From contig JBKJLC010000007.1 of assembly GCA_046597055.1 (NCBI GenBank), positions 1 through 41,802 on the forward strand: DNA of 41,802 nt, given 5' to 3'. The position numbers and the translations under genes are program-made. The notes beneath the pieces were generated by a model that ran no database searches, was not told the origin of the DNA, and saw only the letters and a program-made list of their open reading frames with translations. Of the stretch, positions 33,351 through 41,802 are shown piece after piece. The stretch is from Kofleriaceae bacterium. GTDB lineage: Bacteria > Myxococcota_A > Polyangia > Haliangiales > Haliangiaceae. Position 1 is the first letter of the stretch; each line of letters starts with the position of its first letter.

Positions 33351-33381
33351 GGGTCAGGGGCCGTCGAGCGGGGCGCGGGCG
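33351..33381. repeat. 31-bp direct repeat, right copy, overlapping the 3' end of the histidine kinase gene
   Basis: Matches 31381-31411 at 30 of 31 positions. Confidence 0.9.
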
Positions 33382-35624
33382 GTGAGGGTGGTGCCGGCGC
33401 CGGGGGTGCTGCGCAGCGCGAGCGTGCCGTGGACCAGGGTCATGCGCTCGCGCATGCCAAGGATGCCGATCGAGGTGGTGGCGACCAGCTCGTCGGCGGT
33501 GATGCCGCGGCCGTCGTCGGTGAGCTCGAGGACGGCGTGGTCGCCGTCTCGGCGCAGGCGGACCGTGACCCGGCTGGCGCCGGCGTGGTGGACGACGTTG
33601 GCCAGGCCCTCCTGGAGCACGCGGTAGAGCGCGATCGCCGCGGCCCGCGGCACCTCGAGCTCGTCGCCGGCCAGGTCGAGCTCGCACACCAGGTGGCTGC
33701 GCGTGGCGAAGTCGCCGACCTGCCACTCGATCGCGGCGGCCAGGCCCAGGTCCTCGAGCATGCGCGGACGCAGCTCCGAGGCCATGCGCCGGATCGACGC
33801 GAACAGATCGTCGACCAGGCCGCTCATGTCGCGCAGCTTGCGGGTGACGGTCAGGTCGGTGGCGTCGGCGACCGAGCGGCCGGCCAGCCAGGCCAGATCG
33901 AGCTTGAGCGCGGTGAGGGTCTGGCCGAGGCCGTCGTGGATCTCGCGCGCGAGCCGCGCCGCCTCTTCTTCGCGCACCGCGATCAGCCGCTCCGACAGGC
34001 TGCGCAGCTGGCGGTTGGTCTGGTCCTGGCTCTCGCGAGCGGCGCGCTGCGCGGTGACGTCGGTGAAGAAGATGGTCAGGCCACCGTCCTGCCCGGGATA
34101 GATGCGGCTCGAGAACCAGCGCGCGGCATCCGGGGCGTCGTGCTCGAGCTCGGCGGCGACCCCGTCGACGCGTGCCCGCTCGACCGCGGCCTGGAACGGC
34201 GAGTCGACCGCGCGGGGAAACTCGGCCCACAGGCGCTTGCCGACCAGCTCGCCCGCGGCCCGCTGCAGGTAGCCGGCGGCCCGGCGGTTGACGTAGCTGA
34301 AGCGGAGCTCGCGATCGAGCGCGACGAACGCGTCGGAGGTGCCCTCGACGATCTCGGTGAGCCGGCGCTCGCTGGTCTCGAGCGCGCGCTGATCGATGCG
34401 CTCGTCGGTGACGTCGCGGAGCACGCCGCTCATGCTCACGATCTGGCCATCGGCGTCGTAGCGTGGCTCGCCCCGGGCCCACAGCCAGCGGACGGTGCCG
34501 TCGGGGCGCACGATGCGGAACTCGTGCTGGGCCGGGGCCCGCGCCGTGCGCGCGCGCTCGAACGCCGCGGTCAGGCCGGCGCGGTCATCGGGGTGGACCC
34601 AGCGCACCGCCGCGTCGGCGGTGACGTCGATCTCGGGCTCGGGCCCGCCCGACAGCCGGGCCAGCCCGCCGTGCCACAGGACCGTGCCGGTGATGTCGTC
34701 CCAGTGCCAGACGATCACCGCGGCGGCGCCGAGCGCGAGCCGGATCTGATCGAGGGTGCGGGCGTTGCGGCCGGCGTCGGCCCGGGCCGGCTCCGGCATC
34801 GAGGTCCGGTCGAGCACCACCGCCCGCGAGCGGATCGACGCGCCGCCCTCGTCGCGCAGCGCGCTGGCGCAGATCAGCACCGGCAGCGCGGTGCCGTCGC
34901 GGCGCTGGAACACGGTCTCGACCGTGGTCGCGGTGCCGGCGGCGAGTCGGGGGAAGTCGGCGCGGAACGCGTCGAGGCGATCGGCGGCGACCAGGTCGTG
35001 GAGCCGCATCCGGCCCACGACCTCCTCGCGGGTGTGGCCGAGCCAGCGTAGCTCGGTGCGGTTCATCCAGCGCACCCGGCCGTCGGGGTCGACCGCGTGG
35101 AAGCCGACCGGCGCGTTGTCGACGAAGTCGGCCAGCTCGTCGGCGGTGTCGGGCTGGGTTGCGCGCGGCGCCGGCTGCTCGATCAGGCGGCCGGCCTGGC
35201 GCGCGATGAGCCGCAGCGCGAGCCGGTGCTCGGCGCCGAGATCGTGCGGGCGCACGTCGGCGATGCACAGCGTCCCGACCGGCGCGCCGGTGGCGCCGAG
35301 GATGCGCAGCGCGGCCAGGAACCGCAGCGGCGGCGGGCCGACCAGCGCGGGATCGTCGCGGTGGCGCGGGCTGGCCTGGACGTCGGCGATGATCGTGAGG
35401 TCGTCGGCGGTGAGCGCGCGCGCGAGGGCGATGCCGCGGGCGCGCGCGGTCGGGCCGATCAGCCCGCTCGACCAGCCCCACACGTCCTCGCTGTCGAAGG
35501 TGACGATCACCGCCAGGGTCGCCTCGCACAGGTGCGCGGCGAGCTGTGCCTGCTCGGCAAGCGCGAGCTCGCGAGCGTCGATCACGCCCTCGTCGTGGTC
35601 CCGGGTTGCCCCGAACGGGCGCAT
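33354..35624 (-). CDS. Cytoplasmic sensor histidine kinase: GAF, 3 PAS, HisKA_3, HATPase (UhpB/NarX class); start uncertain (35624 or 35585)
   Basis: GTLCIADVRP (GAF), PAS motifs (HPDD, GTVRW), LAREIHDGLGQ, ELRP, QEGLANVVHH, DDGRG and GILGMRER. Confidence 0.92.
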   Translation of the reverse strand: MRPFGATRDHDEGVIDARELALAEQAQLAAHLCEATLAVIVTFDSEDVWGWSSGLIGPTARARGIALARALTADDLTIIADVQASPRHRDDPALVGPPPLRFLAALRILGATGAPVGTLCIADVRPHDLGAEHRLALRLIARQAGRLIEQPAPRATQPDTADELADFVDNAPVGFHAVDPDGRVRWMNRTELRWLGHTREEVVGRMRLHDLVAADRLDAFRADFPRLAAGTATTVETVFQRRDGTALPVLICASALRDEGGASIRSRAVVLDRTSMPEPARADAGRNARTLDQIRLALGAAAVIVWHWDDITGTVLWHGGLARLSGGPEPEIDVTADAAVRWVHPDDRAGLTAAFERARTARAPAQHEFRIVRPDGTVRWLWARGEPRYDADGQIVSMSGVLRDVTDERIDQRALETSERRLTEIVEGTSDAFVALDRELRFSYVNRRAAGYLQRAAGELVGKRLWAEFPRAVDSPFQAAVERARVDGVAAELEHDAPDAARWFSSRIYPGQDGGLTIFFTDVTAQRAARESQDQTNRQLRSLSERLIAVREEEAARLAREIHDGLGQTLTALKLDLAWLAGRSVADATDLTVTRKLRDMSGLVDDLFASIRRMASELRPRMLEDLGLAAAIEWQVGDFATRSHLVCELDLAGDELEVPRAAAIALYRVLQEGLANVVHHAGASRVTVRLRRDGDHAVLELTDDGRGITADELVATTSIGILGMRERMTLVHGTLALRSTPGAGTTLTARAPLDGP

Positions 35625-35694
35625 CGGGCAAGGCTTGCCCGGAACCGCGGGCTTGTCGAGCACCTACCGCGGGTGGCTCTGGTATGTTGGTCCG

Positions 35695-36342
35695 GTGACG
35701 GCGAGCGTGGACGCGAGCCCGAGGATCCTCATCACCGACGACCACGCGATCGTCCGTCATGGCATCCGCCAGATCCTGAACGACGAGGTCGGCGGCGCCG
35801 GTTTCGGCGAGGCCGGATCGGGCGCCGAGCTCGCGCGCAAGCTGGCGAGCGAGCCGTGGGACCTCTTGATCCTCGACATCTCGCTGCCCGACAAGAACGG
35901 CCTCGATCTGCTGAAGGAGGTCCGGGTCACCTATCCGCGCCTGCCGGTGCTGATGGTCAGCGTGCATCCCGAGGAGGCCTACGCGGTGCGCGCGCTCAAG
36001 GCGGGCGCGGCCGGGTACCTGACCAAGGACGCAGCGCCCGCCGAGCTGGTGATCGCGGTGCGCAAGATCCTGGGGGGCGGCCGCTACGTGACGTCGTCGC
36101 TGGCCGAGCGGCTGGCCGCGATGCTGGACCACGACGATCGCCCGATCGCGGAGCGGCTGTCGGACCGGGAGTACCAGGTCCTGTGCCGGATCGGCGCCGG
36201 GCGCACGATCAGCGAGATCGGCGAGGAGCTGCGGCTGTCGGTGAAGACGGTCAGCACGTACCGGGCCCGGTTGCTCGAGAAGCTGGCGCTGTCGACCACC
36301 GCCGAGCTGACCCGGTTCGCCATCGAAAATCGCCTGGTGTGA
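35695..36342 (+). CDS. NarL/FixJ-family response regulator (REC + LuxR HTH)
   Basis: ILITDDHAIVRHG, LILDISLP, GAAGYLTK, LSDREYQV and LSVKTVSTYR motifs. Confidence 0.95.
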   Translation: MTASVDASPRILITDDHAIVRHGIRQILNDEVGGAGFGEAGSGAELARKLASEPWDLLILDISLPDKNGLDLLKEVRVTYPRLPVLMVSVHPEEAYAVRALKAGAAGYLTKDAAPAELVIAVRKILGGGRYVTSSLAERLAAMLDHDDRPIAERLSDREYQVLCRIGAGRTISEIGEELRLSVKTVSTYRARLLEKLALSTTAELTRFAIENRLV

Positions 36343-36463
36343 TCCGAGGTGGTCGGGCGCCGACCTGGGCCGCCGCGGGAGTGCCGCCACGTCGAGGCTC
36401 GCGTAGGACAGACGCTGACGCCGGCCTGCCGCCGGCACCGGCACCGGCCTGCCGCTCGCGCTG

Positions 36464-38350
36464 ATGGTCACCGTGAACGCACCGGACGACAGTGTGGGGA
36501 TGATCCGGGCTGCCACCCTCGAGACGCCGTCCTTGTCCCGCGGCGGGGTCACCGCTCCGTCGGCGCCGCGCGTGCTCGTGGTGTCGAGCCGCGACGATCT
36601 CCGCTGGTTGCTCGGCCCGCTCGGCGAGACCGGACTCGAGGGCGCCACCGTCAAGCGCACCAGCGTGCTGCCCGGCGCCGAGGCGCTGCCGGACCTGCTG
36701 GTGCTCGATGGCCGCGGCGAGGCGGGCCTGGTCGCCGCGTGGCGCAAGTGGCTGGCCGGACCCGGCACCGGCACCCCGGCCGTGATCGTCGCCGACGGCG
36801 GGGCCGCGCTCGACGCGCCGGCGTCGGCGGTGGTCGCCCCGGTCGACGCCAGCCCGGGCCGGCTGGCGGCCGCGATCGCGACCGCGTTCGAGCGAGGCCG
36901 CGCGCAGAGCGTCCATGCCCAGCTCGCGCAGCGGGCCAGCCGGGCCGAGCGGCGGCTGGCCGCCTTGCTCGAGCACAGCCCCGAGACGTTCGGCCTGCTC
37001 GATCGCAGCGGGCGGTTCACGTATGCATCGCCGATCGCCGCGCGGGTCCACGGCGATCCGCCGACCGAGCTGTTCGGCAAGGAGCTGGTCGCGCTGCTTC
37101 ATCCCGACGACCAGGACCGCGCGCGCGCCGAGCTCGCCGCGGTGCTGTCGGCACCGCGGGCGTTCGCGCGCATGACGGTGCGCCGCCGCCACCCCCGCGG
37201 TCACGCCCCGTGGATCGAGCTCACCGTCACCAACCTGCTCGCCGAGCCGACCGTCGAAGCGGTCGTCGCCAGCTTCCACGACGTCGACGAGGGCGCGGCC
37301 ACGATCACGACGGCGCGGGCCAGCGACCAGCGCTTCCAGCAGCTCGCCGAGGAGCTGCCGATCGCGCTGTGGTCGATGGGCGCCGAGCACGGCACGCTCG
37401 ACTACGTCAGCCCGCACGCGGCGGTCCTGGTCGGCCGCTCGGCCGAGCGCCTGCAGGCGGACCCGGCGTTGTGGCGGGCCGCGATCCACCCCGACGATCG
37501 CGGCGCGGTCGAGGCGGCCCACGCGAGCGGGGTCGCGATCGAGCATCGCTGGGTCCGCCCCGACGGCTCGGTGGTGTGGGTCGAGAGCCAGCAGCAGCCG
37601 ATCGCCGACGCGCAGGGCCAGGTGGTGCGCGTGGTCGGGGTCGCCCACGAGATCAGCGAGCGGCGCGCGCTCGAGGCCCGGCTCGACGGCGCGTGTCGGG
37701 TGGCCCCGCTCGCGCTGCTCGCCGGCATCACCGCCCACGACCTCAACAACATCGTCGGCGGCCTCCAGATCCAGTGCGATCTGCTGCTCGATGGCCAGCT
37801 CAGCGCCGAGGCCCGCGAGGACGTGGCCAGCCTGCTCGAGCTCGGGCAGCGCACCACCGTGATGTCGCGGCGCCTGCTCGAGCACGCCCGCCGGTTCCCG
37901 GCCACGCCCACGCCGATCGACGTCGGCGCGGTGGTGCGGCGGCTGGTGCCGTCGCTGGTGCGGCTGGTCGGCCCCGCCATCGCGATCGACGTCGCGATCG
38001 ATCCTGCGCTGCCGCGGATCGTCGCCGACCCGGCCCACCTCGAGCACGCCCTGATCCACCTGGCGATGAACGCGCGCGACGCGATGCCGGCCGGCGGTCG
38101 CCTGCGGCTGGCGGCCCGGACCACCGCCGGCAAGGTCGTGATCAGCGTGACCGACGACGGCGTCGGCATGGACGAGCCGACCTGCAAGCAGGCGCCGGTC
38201 GCGTTCTTCACCACCCGCCCCGGGCAGCGCACCGGCATGGGCCTGGCGGTGGTCTCGACCATTGCCCGCCAGCACCAGGGCAACCTGCGCCTCGTGAGTA
38301 CGCCGGGGCAGGGCACCACGGCGAGCCTCGAGCTGCCAGCCGCGCCGTAG
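36464..38350 (+). CDS. PAS-PAS histidine kinase (HisKA + HATPase) with a degenerate receiver-like N-terminus; start uncertain
   Basis: LLHPDD and IHPDDR PAS motifs; AHDLNN H-box, NARDAM, DDGVGM, FFTT and TGMGL. Confidence 0.88.
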   Translation: MVTVNAPDDSVGMIRAATLETPSLSRGGVTAPSAPRVLVVSSRDDLRWLLGPLGETGLEGATVKRTSVLPGAEALPDLLVLDGRGEAGLVAAWRKWLAGPGTGTPAVIVADGGAALDAPASAVVAPVDASPGRLAAAIATAFERGRAQSVHAQLAQRASRAERRLAALLEHSPETFGLLDRSGRFTYASPIAARVHGDPPTELFGKELVALLHPDDQDRARAELAAVLSAPRAFARMTVRRRHPRGHAPWIELTVTNLLAEPTVEAVVASFHDVDEGAATITTARASDQRFQQLAEELPIALWSMGAEHGTLDYVSPHAAVLVGRSAERLQADPALWRAAIHPDDRGAVEAAHASGVAIEHRWVRPDGSVVWVESQQQPIADAQGQVVRVVGVAHEISERRALEARLDGACRVAPLALLAGITAHDLNNIVGGLQIQCDLLLDGQLSAEAREDVASLLELGQRTTVMSRRLLEHARRFPATPTPIDVGAVVRRLVPSLVRLVGPAIAIDVAIDPALPRIVADPAHLEHALIHLAMNARDAMPAGGRLRLAARTTAGKVVISVTDDGVGMDEPTCKQAPVAFFTTRPGQRTGMGLAVVSTIARQHQGNLRLVSTPGQGTTASLELPAAP

Positions 38351-38385
38351 CGCGCGCGGCCGGGCTTCGATGCGGACCGGGCCAG

Positions 38386-38868
38386 CTAGACTGCGACGTC
38401 GACCAGCGTCGGCGTCAGGACCCGGATCAGGTCGGCCGGCGCGATCGCGACCAGGAACCCGCGGGCGCCGCCGTTGATGTAGATCTGCGGCAGCGCCGCG
38501 ATCGAGCGCTGCAGGTAGATCGGCATCGGCTTGCGCAGGCCGAACGGAGAGGTGCCGCCGACCTGATAGCCCGAGTGGCGATCGGCGACCGCGGGTGCGC
38601 ACGGCGCGACCTGCTTGACCCGGAGGCTGCGCGCGAGGTTCTTGGTCGAGACCTCGCGATCGCCGTGCATGAGAATGCACAGCGGCTGGCGGGCGTCGTC
38701 CTCGAAGATCAGGGTCTTGATGACGGCGTGCTCGTCGACCGCGAGCGCGGCGGCCGAGGCGGCGGTGCCGCCCTTCGGCTCCCAGTCGTAGCCGTGCGGC
38801 GCGAACGGGACCCCGGCCTCGCGCAGGGTGCGGATCGCCAGCGTGACCGGATGCCGGGGGGCGGACAC
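38386..38868 (-). CDS. ybaK: YbaK/EbsC aminoacyl-tRNA deacylase
   Basis: VIKTL, MHGDREVS, SGYQVGGTSPFG and IYINGGARG motifs. Confidence 0.93.
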   Translation of the reverse strand: MSAPRHPVTLAIRTLREAGVPFAPHGYDWEPKGGTAASAAALAVDEHAVIKTLIFEDDARQPLCILMHGDREVSTKNLARSLRVKQVAPCAPAVADRHSGYQVGGTSPFGLRKPMPIYLQRSIAALPQIYINGGARGFLVAIAPADLIRVLTPTLVDVAV

Positions 38869-38926
38869 GGGGCGAGCGTACTCCAGCGCGCCGCGCTTGC
38901 TATGCTTGCGACCAGGACCGCCGGAG

Positions 38927-40099
38927 ATGCACGCGCACGATCCCTCGGAGCACGCTCACCACCACGAGTTTGCCGTGCGGGCCCAGAAGGGCGAGCGGCG
39001 GACCCGGTGGGTGGTCGGGCTGACGCTCGCGACCATGATCGCCGAGCTGGTCACCGGCCAGGTGACCGGCTCGATGGCGCTGATCGCGGATGGCTGGCAC
39101 ATGGCCACCCACGCGGGTGCGCTCGGTCTCGCGCTGTTCGCGTACTGGTACGCTCGCACCCAGGCCGGCTCGCGGCGATTCACGTTCGGGACCGGCAAGG
39201 TCTACGCGCTCGCCGGCTACTCCAGCGGCGTGATGCTCGGGATGGTCGCGCTGTGGATGGCCGTGGAGGCCGGGCTGCGGCTGTTCGATCGCCCGGCGGT
39301 GCAGTTCGCCGAGGCGCTGCCGGTCGCGGTGGTCGGCCTCGCGGTCAATCTGCTGAGCGTGGTGCTGCTCGGTGCGGTCGAGCACGACCATGGACACGGG
39401 CACGGCCACGGCGGGCCCGGGCACCACAAGCCCGGGCACGACAAGCCCGGGCATGGGCATGACGAGCACGGGCACGGGCACGGGGACGACGGACACGCGC
39501 ACGAACACGCCGAGCACGGGCACGGGGACGACGGACACGCGCACGAGCACGCCGCGCACGGACCCGACACCCACCGGCACGAGCCGACCGCCCGCCTCGC
39601 GACCGCCGGCCACGCGGAGAAGCTACCGACCGATCACAACCTGCGCGCGGCGTACCTGCACGTCATCGCCGATGCGTTGACCAGCGTGCTCGCGATCGCG
39701 GCGCTGCTCGCCGGCGAGTACGGCGGCATCGGCTGGCTCGACCCGGCGATGGGCATCCTGGGTGGGGCGTTGATCGCGAAGTGGTCGGTCGGGCTGTGTC
39801 GCGACGCGGCCTCGCAGCTGCTGGACGTGATGCCCTCGGCCGAGGTGGTCGCGCGGATCGAGCGCCGGCTCGAGGCGGTCGATGACGTCCGGATCGCGGA
39901 CCTGCACCTGTGGGAGCTGGCCCCGGGCCGCAACGGCTGCATCGTGTCGCTGGTGACCGCCGAGCCGCGCGAGGTCGGCTTCTATCGCGAGATCATCCTG
40001 GCGGTGGTCGAGCTGGCCCACCTCACGGTCGAGGTGCATCGGTGCGAGCGCGGCCACGGCGATCGACAGGGTCCCGAGGCGGCGCTGGCGCCGGCCTGA
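38927..40099 (+). CDS. dmeF: CDF-family Co/Ni efflux transporter, DmeF-like, with a long His-rich loop
   Basis: GSMALIADGWHMATH, FTFGTGKV..LAGYSS, DHNLRAAYLHVIADALTS, LDPAMGILG and DLHLW motifs. Confidence 0.9.
   Translation: MHAHDPSEHAHHHEFAVRAQKGERRTRWVVGLTLATMIAELVTGQVTGSMALIADGWHMATHAGALGLALFAYWYARTQAGSRRFTFGTGKVYALAGYSSGVMLGMVALWMAVEAGLRLFDRPAVQFAEALPVAVVGLAVNLLSVVLLGAVEHDHGHGHGHGGPGHHKPGHDKPGHGHDEHGHGHGDDGHAHEHAEHGHGDDGHAHEHAAHGPDTHRHEPTARLATAGHAEKLPTDHNLRAAYLHVIADALTSVLAIAALLAGEYGGIGWLDPAMGILGGALIAKWSVGLCRDAASQLLDVMPSAEVVARIERRLEAVDDVRIADLHLWELAPGRNGCIVSLVTAEPREVGFYREIILAVVELAHLTVEVHRCERGHGDRQGPEAALAPA
39472..39555 (+). repeat. 42-bp in-frame tandem duplication in the His-rich loop
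   Basis: 39472-39513 and 39514-39555 each encode HGHGDDGHAHEHA. Confidence 0.85.
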
Positions 40100-40261
40100 G
40101 CGCCCCGGCGTCTGTCCCGATCCCGGTCGGGCCGGCGCCGGCAGAGGTGCGCGCGCATCGCATTCGGACAGCAGCAGCGAAAGTTTCCACCCCACCGGGT
40201 GCGGAACCGCATGGTAAGACGGCGCCGGGTGGGGAGACCTACGTACCTCAGGGAGGCTTCC

Positions 40262-41641
40262 ATGGCCGAGAGCACGCGGACGGAGAACACGGCCGTCAAC
40301 CACCTCATCGAGCGGGCCCAGTCGCGGCCCCTCGACGACGTCGATGATGGGCTGTTCGAACGTCCACCATCATCCCGTCGTCCGACCCTGCCGCCGCCGT
40401 TCCCCTCGCGAGGAACCTCGTCGCTGGCGCCGTCGTCCCCGCCCGAGCCGATGGCGCGCAATCGCGTGCCGACCTCGACCTCGAACACGCTGACGACGGC
40501 GCCGCCCGCGGTGGCCGCCGCGGCGGCGGTGGCCGTCGCGCCGGTGCCGGTCGCCCCGTCGACGATCGGGCACAACGATCAGACCCAGCCGTTCGACTCG
40601 CTGAACGAGAGCGACCTCGACCTGGAGGAGGATGACGACGACGACGACATGCCGATCGACGAGGAGCCGGCCATCGTGTTGCCGCCGACGTCGGCGGCAT
40701 CGGTCGAACCGGTTGAACCGGCCGGGCCCCGGGCGCCGGTCGCGCCGGCCCGGACCGCGGGTGTGCCGGCCCGGGTCGCGGCGGCAGCGCCCGCGCTGAT
40801 CGCGGCGACCGCGCGCGCAACCGCGGCGCCGTTCCCGGCTGCGCCTCAGCCTGGCCAGCCCGGTCACGAAGACGAGAACTGGTTCCAGCCGAGCATCGCG
40901 GTCGATCGCATCGACGATCTCACGGTCGGGACCCAGGGCGTCTCGCGCCCCAGCCGCTTGCGCGGTGCGCTGCCGCTCGCGGTGGCGTTCACGCTCGGGC
41001 TCTCGATCGCCGCGGCGATCGCCTGGCCGCGTGGACCCTCGGTGGCGCCGGCGACCCCGACGCCCGCTCCACTGGCGGCGACCCCGCCCGTGGTCGCGCC
41101 GGTGGTAGCCGCCGCACCGGTCCCGGCCCCGACCGCGGTCGAGCCGGTCGCGGCCGTTGCGGCGGTGCCCCCGCCTGCTGACACCGCGGTCGCGGCGGCG
41201 CCCGCCGCACCCGACACCGCCCCGGTGGCGCCCGCGCAGGTCGCGCCCTCCGAGCCGGTGGCCGCGCCGGCGGCGGCCGTCGCGCCGGTCAAGGCGCCCC
41301 GCAGCTCGCGGTCGGTCGCCACGAAGAAGCCCAAGGCCGAGCGTGTCTCGCGGCCCGAGCGCGCCGCCAAGGCCCGGCCCGAGCGGGTCGCCCGGGCCGA
41401 ACCAGTCGCGAAGGCGGGCTCGGGGGTCCTCATGATCGGCGCCAAGCCACCGTGCGACATCTATGTCGACGGCAAGCGCACCGGCCTGAGGACGCCGCAG
41501 CGCGCGCTCAGGCTCACCACCGGCACCCACCGGATCACGCTGGTCAACAAGGAGCACCGCATCACCGACTCGTTCTCGGTCACGGTGGCGTCGGGCGCGC
41601 CGACCAAGGTCATCAAGGACCTGACCCGCCGGATGAAGTGA
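40262..41641 (+). CDS. Single-TM Pro/Ala-rich protein with a C-terminal PEGA-like domain
   Basis: GGAGG RBS; acidic disordered N-terminus; TM LPLAVAFTLGLSIAAAIAW; C-terminal GVLMIGAKPPCDIYVDGK..TP..L..GTHRITL. Confidence 0.85.
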   Translation: MAESTRTENTAVNHLIERAQSRPLDDVDDGLFERPPSSRRPTLPPPFPSRGTSSLAPSSPPEPMARNRVPTSTSNTLTTAPPAVAAAAAVAVAPVPVAPSTIGHNDQTQPFDSLNESDLDLEEDDDDDDMPIDEEPAIVLPPTSAASVEPVEPAGPRAPVAPARTAGVPARVAAAAPALIAATARATAAPFPAAPQPGQPGHEDENWFQPSIAVDRIDDLTVGTQGVSRPSRLRGALPLAVAFTLGLSIAAAIAWPRGPSVAPATPTPAPLAATPPVVAPVVAAAPVPAPTAVEPVAAVAAVPPPADTAVAAAPAAPDTAPVAPAQVAPSEPVAAPAAAVAPVKAPRSSRSVATKKPKAERVSRPERAAKARPERVARAEPVAKAGSGVLMIGAKPPCDIYVDGKRTGLRTPQRALRLTTGTHRITLVNKEHRITDSFSVTVASGAPTKVIKDLTRRMK

Positions 41642-41647
41642 GCCCGG

Positions 41648-41671
41648 GCCGGGTCGGCCGCCCGACCCGGC
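41648..41671 (+). terminator. Hairpin immediately after the PEGA-like gene
   Basis: GCCGGGTCGG-CCGC-CCGACCCGGC, a perfect 10-bp stem with no U-tract. Confidence 0.5.
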
Positions 41672-41701
41672 TGATAGGATGCCCGCGATGGGCAGTCGAG
41701 C

Positions 41702-41802
41702 ATGAACGACCTCGTCCCGACCCCGGCGACCAGCGGCGCGGTCCTCGGCTCCGACAGCGATCCGCTCGCGGTCGTGGTCTCGTTCGACTTCGCGAAGAAG
41801 CT
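41702..41802 (+). CDS. 5' part of a gene running off the window (MNDLVPTPATSGAVLGSDSDPLAVVVSFDFAKK...)
   Basis: Open frame with high third-position GC from ATG 41702 to the window end. Too short to assign a function. Confidence 0.55.
   Translation, partial: MNDLVPTPATSGAVLGSDSDPLAVVVSFDFAKK

Overview
Very GC-rich bacterial chromosomal window that reads as Myxococcota, probably Haliangiales/Kofleriaceae-like (inferred from the Ser/Thr kinase-TPR, PP2C, caspase-like, PEGA and Cys-rich lipoprotein families). It holds about 32 genes: rlmH, rsfS, proA and proB with two coupled hypothetical genes; pilD; a cluster of secreted Cys-rich lipoproteins with a DHH phosphoesterase; a decayed caspase/anti-sigma-like locus; a Ser/Thr kinase; an orphan amino-DNA methyltransferase divergent from a small GIY-YIG-like gene; a TRAP transporter; PP2C; kup; a LIV-type ABC transporter; two PAS histidine kinases around a NarL-type regulator; ybaK; a His-rich CDF exporter; and a PEGA-like protein. 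I saw no tRNA, rRNA, CRISPR array, integrase or transposase. The most notable observations are: (1) a ~2 kb segment with a knottin-like Cys-repeat lipoprotein, bracketed by a 31-bp direct repeat and carrying an internally deleted copy of livF; (2) a 53-bp perfect-stem hairpin plus a REP-like tandem element at the window start; (3) a recurring (TGn)TANNNT motif 6-8 nt before start codons, suggesting leaderless transcripts; (4) the methyltransferase / GIY-YIG-like / anti-sigma-like / kinase neighbourhood. I cannot show a new biological system from sequence alone; these are the best candidates. All product calls come from motif recognition, not database searches.
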